A stretch of DNA of 64,000 bases, taken from Raja brachyura (lineage: Eukaryota). Position 1 is the stretch's first letter; each line of letters begins with the position of its first letter. Below, piece after piece: positions 50,422 through 61,609 of this stretch. The stretch covers positions 46,872,001-46,936,000 of the forward strand of contig OY740794.1 in the NCBI GenBank assembly GCA_963514005.1. Reading direction: 5' to 3'. Made by a program: the position numbers and the translations under genes. A model generated the notes under the pieces. That model did not search any database. It was not told the origin of the DNA and saw only the letters and a list, made by a program, of their open reading frames with translations.

Positions 50422-53400
50422 GTATATGAAATGGACAGAACGTATCTGCAATATATTCAGGCCAAGAATAGAGACGAGTCTGCCCAGTCGCATCAAGCAC
50501 TCCTGCAGCATCTACGGGAAGCGGAATGTGACACCACAAAAGACCCTGACTGTCAGCCAAGTGTTCTTCACAAACGTTTACTTGCCGCGCAGAGGGCATG
50601 CGATCCTTACAGAGATCCGCATTGCAGGACGGAAACTCCGCCGTGTGATCCAACCAAGGATCCATATTGCAGCCCCAGGGCACTCTCCTGTGATCCAAAG
50701 ACAGACCCCTATTGTAGAACGGACGCGTACGCTTGTGACCCCAGGACAGATCCTTACTGCAGAAGAGCAGCGGCATATTCCTGCGATCCCAAGACCGATC
50801 CCAATTGTAGAACGGCGGCAGCCCATTCCTGTGACCCAAAGATAGACCCCTACTGCAGAACAGAGTCATCCTCCTGTGATCCCAGGAGAGATCCATATTG
50901 CAGAGCAGAACCCTACCCGTGCGACCCACAAAAAGATCCCTTCTGCAGAGTAGCGGCACATGCATGTGATCCAAAGACGGATCCCTATTGCAGAACAGAG
51001 GCATACCCTTGTGATCCCCGGAGAGACCCGCATTGTAACGTTGAGCGCTGCGATCCATATCGGGACCCCAGCTGTAAAACTCAATTGCAACCATGTGACC
51101 CGCAGAAAGATCGCTATTGCATCCCGGAATTGCATTCTAGGCAGTTGGCACCATTCCCATGTGACCCGCGATACGACTCAGCGTGTAATCAGCAATCGTA
51201 CACTTATGCACAGTATGCCGAATTGGTGAACACCTACTGCAACCCCTACGACCCAGACAGCCCGCACTGCCAGGCGTTGGTTGCATACATCAAGCAGACG
51301 TGTGATTCGTACACGGATCCCAACTGCTTTCCAAGGTCAAAGCAGGAAGTGCATTCTGCACGCCCCGCCTGTGACCCTGCAAGGGATCCCTATTGCCGCT
51401 CTGCTGTGGCTGTGTCTAAAACACCATATGATTGTGACCCATACTATGACCGCAACTGCCATTCGGCATTCCACCCCAAGGACGAGCCTGCCCCAGACCC
51501 AGAGTGTGACCCCAGGTCTGGCCGTAGCTGTAATCCCGACAGACCGGAATATGGTGGTGACGACGAGCTTCGCTGTGATCCATATCATGATCCCAACTGT
51601 CGTCAAAATGTCAAATCCATTGACCGAGTTCGCAGGCCGCCAGCCTCATATAGAGGCCGGACCAAGGAAGGCTATCCCTGTGACCCCCACTATCATCCGG
51701 ACTGCTATCCCACCCGTCATTCCCAAACTGCCACTGCTTGTGACCCGTCCGATGATGACTGTCGTGGACATGAGGAAAATAATCATGTACCGGAACACGG
51801 CCGGAATTGTGACCCTACACGTGATCCTTATTGCGGTGAAACAGCAGCCACGGAGAACTGTGACCCATACACTGATCCCGAGTGTAACGCCCGATACCAG
51901 GCTAGGCAGCGACAAAGAGACTTAGAGAACTGTGACCCATACACTGACCCCGAGTGTAACGCCCGATACCAGGCTAGGGAACAACGAAGAGTGGATATGG
52001 AGAACTGTGATCCGTACACTGATCCCGAGTGCAGATCACAGTCCAGGGCTCGGGAACAGCACAGAGTGGACATGGAGAACTGTGACCCATACACTGACCC
52101 CGAGTGCAACGCCCGATATCAGGCTAGGGAACAACGAAGAGACTTAGAGAACTGTGACCCATACACAGATTCAGAGTGTTTTTCCCGATATCAAGCCAGG
52201 CTGCGACAAAGAGGGGACACAGAGAACTGTGATCCACGCACTGATCCCGAGTGCAGATCACAATCCAGGGCTCGGGAACAGCACAGAGACTTAGAGAACT
52301 GTGACCCATACACTGATCCCGAGTGTAACGCCCGATATCAGGCTAGGGAACAACGAAGAGACTTAGAGAACTGTGATCCACACACAGATCCAGAGTGTTT
52401 TTCCCGATACCAGGCCAGGCTCCGACAAAGAGGAAGCTCGGAGAACTGTGACCCATACACTGATCCCGAGTGCAGATCACAATCCAGGGCTAGGGAAGAG
52501 CAAAGAGTGGACATGGAGAACTGTGACCCGTACACTGATCCCGAGTGTTATTCCCGATACAGAGCTAGACAGGAACAGAGAGGATATTTGAAGAGCTGTG
52601 ATCCACGCACTGATCCCGAATGCAGATCACAATCCAGGGCTAGGGAAGAGCAAAGAGTGGACATGGAGAACTGTGACCCGTACACTGATCCCGAGTGTTA
52701 TTCCCGATACCAGGCTAGGGAACAACAAATACGAGATTCCGAGAACTGTGATCCATACACGGATCCCGAGTGTTATTCCCGGCACCAAGCTAGACAGCGA
52801 CAAAGAGAAGACACTGAAAACTGTGACCCATACACTGATCCGGAGTGTTATTCCCGATACCAGGCCAGGGAACAACAAAGAGTAGCCTCTGAGAATTGTG
52901 ATCCACGCACTGACCCCGAATGTAATTCCCAAACTCGGTCCAGAGAGCAGCAAAGAAAAGCCACTGAGATCTGTGACCCATACACTGATCCCGAGTGTTA
53001 TTACTCTCTATATTACGCCAGGGAAAAGCAGAGAGCTGGTGCCGAGAATTGTGACCCGTCCGCTGATCCTGAGTGTGAATCCCAATCCCGCACTAGGGAG
53101 CAAGAAAGAGGAACCACTGGGAACTGCGACCCTTCCGGGGATCCCGATTGTCAACTCAAAAGGCCTTCAAGAGAGCAAGAGGGAACAGCCCCTGAGAAAT
53201 GTGATCCCTACACTGATCCTGAGTGTTATTCCCGATCACATGCCAGGGAGGAAGAAAGAACAGCAGCGGAAAATTGTGATCCTAACACTAACCCTGCATG
53301 TAATTCCCAAACCCATAGCAAACAGCAAGAGAGAACGGACGTGGAAACTTGTGACCCGTACACTGATCCTGAGTGTTATTCCCGATCCCACGCTGGAGAG

Positions 53401-54213
53401 GAAGAAATAGCCCGTGAGAAGTGTGACCCATACACTGATCCTGAATGCTACTATTCTTTATACCGGGCTAGAGAGCAGGAAAGAACGACCACAGAAAACT
53501 GCAATCCTAATTTTGAATCAGATTGTGATGGATACGAGTCTGACGTTAACGAGCAATACCGGACAGCCGCAGAAGATTGTGACCCAAACTATGACCCAAA
53601 CTGCAACAACCGACCAACTAACTCAAATGAATCAAATCGCGATTGCCCATCTGACGTGGATCCTGATTGCAGCGGCACTCCTTCCCACAGCAGTGAGAAA
53701 ACAGACACCGAAGAATGTGACCCTTATGACCCCTACTGTGGTGGAGACGCAATGGATTATCATCCATCAGAGAAGGCCTGTGACCCTGACTACGACCGTG
53801 ACTGTGCCGCATCCCAGTCTCACGAGGACGACCAAGTGCACAAAGAAGACTGCGACCCGCTCTATGACTCCAGCTGCCACGATGAAGAGGAGGGTGTGTA
53901 TGAAACAGACTCTGACTGTGATCCCGACTATGATGTCGATTGCCACGTGCAGCCATTCGCCTTTAAGGATGAAGAGCTCGATTCCCAAGATACGGGACGC
54001 TATGAAATGATCTGTGATCCAGACCTTGAATACTCATGTCCTTTCGAGAATGATGCCAATGATGTGACAACATCTTACGATGACTATCACCCAGCATATA
54101 ACCCTTACAGTGCAGGGTATGATAAACTGTATCAAGGCGATCAGGAGACTGATGGAACTGAAAAGGAAGATGATTCCCAAGGAAATCCAAACGAATCTGA
54201 CGATAAAATTTAA
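50422..54213 (+). CDS. Actinodin-like (elastoidin-type) protein, terminal repeat exon
   Basis: TTTTCCAG acceptor at 50421, phase 0 (VYEMDRTYLQY..). Uninterrupted 1263 codons with about 53 C(D/N)PxxDPxC-type motifs, the signature repeat of fish actinodins. Paralogue identity (and1/and2/etc.) not determinable here. Confidence 0.9.
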   Translation, partial: VYEMDRTYLQYIQAKNRDESAQSHQALLQHLREAECDTTKDPDCQPSVLHKRLLAAQRACDPYRDPHCRTETPPCDPTKDPYCSPRALSCDPKTDPYCRTDAYACDPRTDPYCRRAAAYSCDPKTDPNCRTAAAHSCDPKIDPYCRTESSSCDPRRDPYCRAEPYPCDPQKDPFCRVAAHACDPKTDPYCRTEAYPCDPRRDPHCNVERCDPYRDPSCKTQLQPCDPQKDRYCIPELHSRQLAPFPCDPRYDSACNQQSYTYAQYAELVNTYCNPYDPDSPHCQALVAYIKQTCDSYTDPNCFPRSKQEVHSARPACDPARDPYCRSAVAVSKTPYDCDPYYDRNCHSAFHPKDEPAPDPECDPRSGRSCNPDRPEYGGDDELRCDPYHDPNCRQNVKSIDRVRRPPASYRGRTKEGYPCDPHYHPDCYPTRHSQTATACDPSDDDCRGHEENNHVPEHGRNCDPTRDPYCGETAATENCDPYTDPECNARYQARQRQRDLENCDPYTDPECNARYQAREQRRVDMENCDPYTDPECRSQSRAREQHRVDMENCDPYTDPECNARYQAREQRRDLENCDPYTDSECFSRYQARLRQRGDTENCDPRTDPECRSQSRAREQHRDLENCDPYTDPECNARYQAREQRRDLENCDPHTDPECFSRYQARLRQRGSSENCDPYTDPECRSQSRAREEQRVDMENCDPYTDPECYSRYRARQEQRGYLKSCDPRTDPECRSQSRAREEQRVDMENCDPYTDPECYSRYQAREQQIRDSENCDPYTDPECYSRHQARQRQREDTENCDPYTDPECYSRYQAREQQRVASENCDPRTDPECNSQTRSREQQRKATEICDPYTDPECYYSLYYAREKQRAGAENCDPSADPECESQSRTREQERGTTGNCDPSGDPDCQLKRPSREQEGTAPEKCDPYTDPECYSRSHAREEERTAAENCDPNTNPACNSQTHSKQQERTDVETCDPYTDPECYSRSHAGEEEIAREKCDPYTDPECYYSLYRAREQERTTTENCNPNFESDCDGYESDVNEQYRTAAEDCDPNYDPNCNNRPTNSNESNRDCPSDVDPDCSGTPSHSSEKTDTEECDPYDPYCGGDAMDYHPSEKACDPDYDRDCAASQSHEDDQVHKEDCDPLYDSSCHDEEEGVYETDSDCDPDYDVDCHVQPFAFKDEELDSQDTGRYEMICDPDLEYSCPFENDANDVTTSYDDYHPAYNPYSAGYDKLYQGDQETDGTEKEDDSQGNPNESDDKI
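51853..53499 (+). repeat. Coding minisatellite, about 22 units of 72-78 bp (ENCDPYTDPEC plus R/E/Q-rich spacer)
   Basis: Recurring GAGAACTGTGACCCATACACTGATCCCGAGTG, with all length variation in multiples of 3. Confidence 0.95.
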
Positions 54214-54570
54214 ATTTATTTGCCTTTTTAGCTTCGGACAAAAAGCTATTTATGTTGGTTTTATTCATATTGTATGTCTTCGAATCATGTTAGAAAATGG
54301 AAGGGATATTGATCTAAAAGCATTGGTTTAAGTAAATGAAATAACTCGTTTCTTACTAATCTGTGTCAGAGCCAGGTGTTTTACAGGAATTCTTGAATGC
54401 AGCATTTTTCAATATGTTGATCATAAACAGAGTAGATATCTTAAAATACAATTGGCCACCAAAGATATACTCTTTCATAGACTAATGTAGCAACAACAGC
54501 TAAATCATGTACAATCCTAGGAAGAGTTTGATGACTCTTTTATGGTGTAGCTTCCATATTATGAAAAAGT

Positions 54571-54630
54571 AATAAACATTTTTATTTTGTTTGTTTTATT
54601 TCTTGTAAGGTATCAGCATATGCAAATAAA
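54571..54630 (+). terminator. Candidate polyadenylation signals of the actinodin-like gene
   Basis: AATAAA at 54571-54576 followed by a T/GT-rich tract, and a second AATAAA at 54625-54630. Confidence 0.6.
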
Positions 54631-56019
54631 AAAAAGTGTTGATTTCTCTTTGCATTTATGAGTCCAATATGTAAGTATTCACTGCATTTCACTTTTAGTT
54701 TGGTTATATCTGAGGCCCAACTGTTGTGTATACATACCAAAACACAGTGTTGGAGGAACTCAATGAGTCAGGCAGCATCTGTGGAGCGAATGGACAGTTG
54801 ACATTTTGGACTCAGTCTGAAAAAGGATCCCAGCCCAAAATATTGTCTGTCCGTCCTCTACAGATGCTGCCTGGTCTGCTAAGTTCCACCAGCGCTTTGT
54901 GTTTTGTTCAGGATTCCAGCAACTTGTGTCTCTCCATCACATATTGTATGTCCTTCTGTAAAAAGAGTGAGAGCAAGTAAATACATTCATCCTCATATCC
55001 ATCCCAACAGTACATCCTTTTATTCTGAGGCTATGCCCTCTGGTCTTAGACTCTCCCAATAGTGGAAACATCCTCTCCACATCCACTCGATCCAGGTCTT
55101 TGTGGAGTGTGGAAAAATAGGAAAAATAATTTGTTTTTATACATTGTTGTTGAGGGACAGCATGTGGATAGAAGTGTGCACAGATAGAACCTTGGGTATC
55201 TCCATTGGAAGCAATGCAGTACCAGGAAATATATTGCAGGTAGTTCTCGAAGTTATGCCTTTCAAAGAATATAGATGGGACAAGGATTGACATCTTTATT
55301 TGGTGTTACAAGATGACGTGCTTGACAGTGGCCACCTTCGACTTGGGGAAACGTTAACTACAAAAAGTGCTCTTTATCTGCATACTTGAAGCATGCAATT
55401 GGTAAATATTTTGAGGACTCGGGGTGATTGTGAAAGAATGTTGGTCAGAGGAGAAGAAGGAGAGATGCTGGGTGTGAGTGTGGGAAGGACAGAAGAGGCA
55501 AGTCTCAGAGAGCAGGAGAAAATCAAACAGATGATACAGTGAGCGGAGAAGGGAAGATGGAAGCAGGATGAATGATAGGAAGAAAGTGGACAAAAGAAGG
55601 AGAGGGCATGGAAGGAGTGAGAAGTTGGAAAGGAAATGAAGAGAAAAGGAAGAGCAGAAGAGAAAAGGAAAGAGGGAAGATAGGAAAGGAATAGACAATA
55701 GGTGCAGGAGTAGGCCATTCGGCCCTTGGAGCCAGCACCGCCATTCAATGTGATCAGGGCTGATCATTCCTGCCTTCTCGCCATGTCCCCCTGACTCCGC
55801 TATCTTTAAGAGCCCTATCTAGCTCTCTCTTGAATGTATCCAGAACGTATCCAGAATGGAAGGGGTAGAATGGGAGCAACTAGCAGGGAGGGGATGGGAA
55901 AGGTGACGGTTGCCGGGATCGATGAGGGTGGCAATGGTGGGTGTAGATGAGTGGAAAGGATTGAAGGTGTGGAAAGGAGAACAGATCAAGAATCAATGGG
56001 AATGGTTAGGAGGAGACAG

Positions 56020-56330
56020 GAGAGGCGAGATGAGGAGAGGAGAGGGCGCTGTGATCTGCGGCGGGCGAGCAGACGACTCCTTTTCGCCGCATGGACGATC
56101 GACTGGTCTGAAGACACCTCTTTCTTTTCGCGTTTCCTAACTCTCATTTGGAGATCAAAGTGCAAACACGTTCAGACATCGCCCCGTGCACCCAGAGGTG
56201 ACTAGAACCAGTAACATCTACTGGGGGCGAGCAGACCAGGGCTTCCGGGTCCGGGGTGGAATCACCAGCCGCGCCTGGCGCTCCAGCCGGACAGTGCGGG
56301 ACCTGGATCATTCATCCCTTTGAAATTATG
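56020..56330. promoter_or_regulatory. Unique CpG-rich segment, possible promoter or first exon of a downstream gene
   Basis: Dense CpG, a CTTCCGGG ETS-like motif and GGGCGAGCAGAC twice. No match to other repeats in the window. Confidence 0.35.
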
Positions 56331-57410
56331 CTCTTCGTATTGCACAGCGTTCAAGGGAAAGGCAGAGGCTCCGTGTATAAGATTTAAAGGCGGAGACATT
56401 AGGTCTGAAGAAGGGTCTCGACCCGAAACGTTACCCATTCCTTCTCTCCAGAGTTGCTGTCTGTCGCGATGAGACGTACTCCAGCTTTTTGCCTCCAGAA
56501 ATGCAACAGTGCCTATCTTAGTTGCAATGGTTGCAATCTGGAGGCTTGGTTGCATTCTGGAGGCTGTCCAGCTGGTGGTGTAATTAAAGATAGACACAAA
56601 ATGCTGGAGTAACTCAGCGGGACAGGCAGCATCTCTGGAGAGAAGGAATGGGTGAAGTTTCGGGTCGAGACCCTTCTTCGTGTATAATTAAGTCAATTGT
56701 AACTGACAGATGCACGAGGGTACAAACGCTGCTTCACGGATAAGCCTGATGTTAACATGGGAGTGTGAGGTGCGGTAATGGTTGGCCGGCAGGGATGGGG
56801 GAATGTGTGGAATGCTTCGTGAACTTCAGACAGCAATAATTAAGGACTGGAACCATATGCTGCTTAATAGTGTCTGAAGAAGGATCACCACCAGAAATGT
56901 CGTCTGTCTATGATCTCCACAGATTCTGACTGAACCGCAGAGTCCATCCAGTATGTTGTATTTCGCTGCTTTGTAACCGGGATTCATGAACCAGGATGTC
57001 TTTTAGCACCTGGGAAGTGAAACTATTCACTTGGGGAAAAAAGTAGAAATTCTAGATATCTAATCCAAGCACAGTAAATTATCCTCGTGTGTAGAATGGT
57101 GCTAGTGTACCATGGTGATCGATGGTCGGTGTGGACTGATCGGCCTGTTTCTGCGCAACACCCCTAAAAGTCTAAGGTACAAGGACCTACCAATGGACCA
57201 GCCATCCTACCAGAGGATAAAGGCTGAACTGGTGAAAGAAACAGAGTACAAAGCAATGATTCGACATTAGACACAAAACGCTGGGGTACTTCAGCGGGTC
57301 AGGCGGCAGAAGGGTCTCGACCCGAACGGTCACCATTTCCTTTTCCCTGGAGATGCTGCCTGTCCCGCTGAGTTACTCCACCTTTATTTTGTGTCTATCT
57401 TCGGTTTAAA

Positions 57411-59496
57411 CATAGAAACATAGAAAATAGGTGCAGGAGTAGGCCATTCGGCCCTTCGAGCCTGCACCGTCATTCAATATGATCATGGCTGATCATCCAA
57501 CTCAGTATCCTGTACCTGCCTTCTCTCCATACCCCATGATCCCTTTAGCCACAAGGGCCACATCTAACTCTCTCTTAAATCTAGCCAATGAAATGGCCTC
57601 AACTACCTTCTCTGGCAGAGAATTCCAGAGACTCACTACTCTCTGTGTGAAAAATGTTTTCCTCATATCAGTCCTAAAGGAATTCCCCCTTATCCTTAGA
57701 CTGTGACCCCTTGTTCTGGACCTCCCCAAAAATCGGGAAAAATCATTGTGCATTGAGCCTGTCCAACCCCTTAAGAATTTTGTACGTTTCTATAAGATCC
57801 CCCCCTCAGTCTTCTAAATTCTAGCGAGTACAAGCCGAGTCTATCCAGTCTTTCCTCATATGAAAGTCCTGACATCCCAGGAATCAGTCTGGTGAACCTT
57901 CTCTGTACCTCCTCTATGGCAAGAATGTCTTTCCTCAGATTTGGAAACCAAAACTGTACGCAATACTCCAGGTGTAGTCTCACAAAAACCCTGTACAACT
58001 GCAGTGGAACCTCCCTGCTCCTATACTCAAATCCTTTTGCTATGAATGCTAACATACCATTTGCTTTCTTCACTGCCTGCTGCACCTGCATGCCTACTTT
58101 CAATGATTGGTGTACCATGACACCCAGGTCTCGTTGCAACTCCCCTTTTCCTAATCTGCCACCATTCAGATAATAGTCTACCCTCCTGTTTTTGCCACAA
58201 AAGTGGATAACCTCACATTTATCCACATTATACTGCACCTGCCATGCATTTGTTCACTCACCCAGCCTATCCAAGACACCTTGCAGCCTTCTAGCATCCA
58301 CCTCACACCTAACACTACCCCCCATCTTAGTGTCATCCGCAAACTTGGAGATGTTGCATTCAATTCCCTCGTCCAAATCATTAATATATAATGTAAATAG
58401 CTGGGGTCCCAGCACTGAGCCTTGCGGTACCCCACTAGTCACCGCCTGCCATTCTGAAAAGGACCTGTTTACTCCTATCCTTTGCTTCCTGTCTACCAGC
58501 CAGTTCTCTATCCACATCAATACTGAACCCCCAATACCGTGTGCTTTAAGTTTGTATACTAATCTCTTGTGTGGGACCTTGTTGAAAGCCTTCTGAAAGT
58601 TTAGATATAACACATCCACTGATTCTCCCCTATCCACCCTACTAGTTACATCCTCGAAAAATTCTATAAGATTCGTCAGACATGATTTACCTTTCATAAA
58701 TCCATGCTGACTTTGTCCAATGATTTCACCGCTTTCCAAATGTGCTGCTATCCCATCTTTAATAACTGACTAGCAGTTTCCCCACTACCGATGTTAGACT
58801 AACTGGTCTGTAATTCCCTGTTTTCTCTCTCCCTCCTTTTTTAAAAAGTGGGGTTACATTAGCTACCCTCCAATCCTCAGGAACTACTCCAGAATATAAG
58901 GAGTTTTGAAAAATTATCACTAATGCATCCATTATTTCTGTGGCTACTTCCTTGAGTACTCTGGGATGCAGACTATCTGGCCCTGGGGATTTATCGGCCT
59001 TTAATCCATTCAATTTACCCAACACCACTTCCCGGCTAACCTGGATTTCACTCAGTTCCTCCATCTTACTTGACCCCCAGTCCCCTGCTATTTCCGGTAG
59101 ATTATTTATGTCTTCCTTAGTGAAGACAGAACCAAAGTGGTTATTCAATTGGTCTGCCATGTCCTTGTTCCCCATGATCAATTCACCTGTTTCTGACTGC
59201 AAGGGACCTACATTTGTTTTAACTAATCTCTTTCTCTTCACATATCTATAAAAAACTTTGGCAGTCAGTTTTTATGTTCCCTGCCAGTTTTCTTTCATAA
59301 TCTATTTTCCCTTTCCTAATTAAGCCCTTTGTCCTCCTCTGCTGGACTCTGAATTTCTCCAAGTCCTCTGGTAGGCTGCCTTTTCTGGCTAATTTGTATG
59401 CTTCATATTTTGTTTTTATACTATCCCTGATTTCCCTTGTTATCCATGGATGCACTACCTTCCCTGATTTATTCTTTTGCCAAACTGGGATGAGCA
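57411..59496 (-). mobile_element. CR1 LINE, 5'-truncated, RT domain
   Basis: KSPGPDSLHPRVLKE, QHGFMKGKSCLTNL, GVPQGSVLGP and KFADDTK, with a CATAGAAA tail. Inserted into a Penelope-type terminal repeat. Confidence 0.95.
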
Positions 59497-61609
59497 ATTA
59501 AACCAGCATCTGCAGTTCCTTCTTACACACAATGCTTCAAAATTGTTGATCATCCAATAAAACTGCTGGCTGACAGGGCAACAAAAGTAAAAATCTCAGA
59601 TATTCATAACTTTTAGAACATTTTACACAAAGTGAAATAAATTGTGTCGACCCTCTGGGGCAAGATGACTTGTTTCAGTCTTTGATTTGGGGGAGTTAGT
59701 TGGACTGGTAGCCAAGTAGCCCTGGACTGCTGGCCACTAGTTTCACTTCCTGTTTGTAGCTGTTTGGGGTACAAGGGGAAAAATAAATTATATCCTGGTT
59801 CATACAAAGATCTGGATATGCGTGTGCATGTGTATGTCCATGTGTCATCAACATTGAACTGATCCTGAGACTTAACAGGAGACAAGTTTCAGCCACCACA
59901 AAAACACAAGAGAATCGCAGATGTAGGCTACCTAGCCACTCAAGCCATCTCCGACAGCCATACTCTGTTGGTAACTGAATAGTTCCCAGGCCTTACCTTC
60001 CCTTTGCCAATAGCCTATCACCCTCAGTTCCACAAACTTCAAACATTTATCTATCTTCACTTTAAATGCTTCTAGTGATCCATCCTCCACAACTCTCTGG
60101 AGATGAGAATTCCAGAGATTTGCTACCCTCTACAAAAATAAATCCCAACCTAGCTCGGTGTTAAATGGCCACCCACTTGAAATCGTGTTATTTCATTAAT
60201 AACTGTGAGAAAAGGGGTTAACAGACATGGTTGATTTAAACTAGGAATGGAAAAATATAGCTTAGAAAGAAATAAGGTTTCATCAAAGCCAGACTGTTAG
60301 TGGGATAGAAAGTAACGACAGGTAGAACAGAGAGAACTTTGAGATAAAAAGTAGCAAATAGATAGAAACTTCAGTATAAGCCTTTGACGTCAGGAGATGT
60401 TCCGAGGCGTTCCTGGACTTTCTCGTGGGAATGTGGGCTTTATGTTATAATTAAAAAGAGGCAAAATGGTGAGAAAAGAGGGTGTGGCTATAATGTAATG
60501 AAATGTATAAAGATAGAATATATCCCGACCCTTGGTGTGCCTCTAGGGGACAGCAAAGGAGAGGCACCTATTCAGCAGAATATTATCTTAATAAAAGCTT
60601 CTTTGCTGACTTTGTCTCAAGCAGTGTTTGTGATTTTTTATATCTCACAATAACTCAATGAAAATCAGCATCCGCTGTTCTTTTCTACACAATAAATAGT
60701 ATCAGTTCATTCTGCTTAACGTATCCCTGTAAGACAATCTACCAGGAATCATTTTTTCTAAAACATTGTTGCACTCCCTCTAATGCAAGCATATAAAAAC
60801 TGATTGATTGATTCCTTAGGAAGGGAGATCAGATTTGTTTATTTTTTCATGTGTGGTGTCACCAGGGCCATGTATAATTTCAAAACGTCATTTCATTTGG
60901 ATTTAAAACCCTTTAAACTATAGGCCAACCTATCATTTGCCTTAATAAATCCAAATGACCAGCAACCTTGAATTATACAAATTCATTTTATTTGAATTAT
61001 AATTCGAAATTCCATCCTTTTGTAGAAAATATTAAAAACGGAATTCGAAATTAGAAGCCATGTTATTACCAAGAATGACCGCCAGAGGGTTCACCAGCAT
61101 TGCTCATTGCATTGAGGGCCTTTTCAGTGGATTCAGTTGGAAATCCCTGGAGCCCCATGTTTCAAATCAGAAGGGAGAACTCCTATTGTAGTTACTTATT
61201 GTTAGACAGTTATTACAGTCCGCTGTTATACGTTCCTCACCTTGGGCAAGAACACTTGTTGGGAAGAAGACTTAGCAATGCAAATAGAAAAAAATGATTT
61301 CTTCAGTCACTTTTCTGGACTTTTATGTTGTATTGGGACCAAGAGCAGCAAAGATGAAAGTGTTTCTTCACTGAACAAAGAAAAGTGCGGAAAAAAGCAG
61401 AGCACGTGATGTTTTGAAACATTGTATATTTTTCAGAGGTGTGGATCTTTTGATAGTGTTAAATAGTATCATAAATGAAATAAATAATGTAGTAAATGGG
61501 AATGGAGAGATTTAAAATCAAGAAACTATGTAGCCTTTGTTAAGAGTTCATGGTTTGCGAAGAATCGGAAGAAGGGTTTCGACTATGATTAATGTTTTGG
61601 AAGAGGGAA

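Noticed and set aside
50431-50433. ORF-track Met as the true start of the 1260-aa protein
   Set aside because: A canonical acceptor at 50421 and upstream phase-compatible exons supply the signal peptide and propeptide.
51853-53499. Repeat-spacer pattern superficially like a CRISPR array
   Set aside because: In-frame protein-coding repeat in a eukaryotic exon; the spacers are homologous to each other and there are no cas genes.
50357-54268. Many alternative-frame and antisense ORFs over the large exon (e.g. 50357-51094 minus, 245 aa)
   Set aside because: Shadows of a repetitive coding sequence; no independent splice or start evidence.
55490-55690. Hydrophobic minus-strand ORFs suggesting a membrane protein
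   Set aside because: Translation of a purine-rich low-complexity tract next to a CR1 tail.
61060-61409. Short ORFs (MLLPRMTARG.., MQIEKNDFF..) after a possible acceptor
   Set aside because: No recognisable homology; at most UTR or non-coding sequence.
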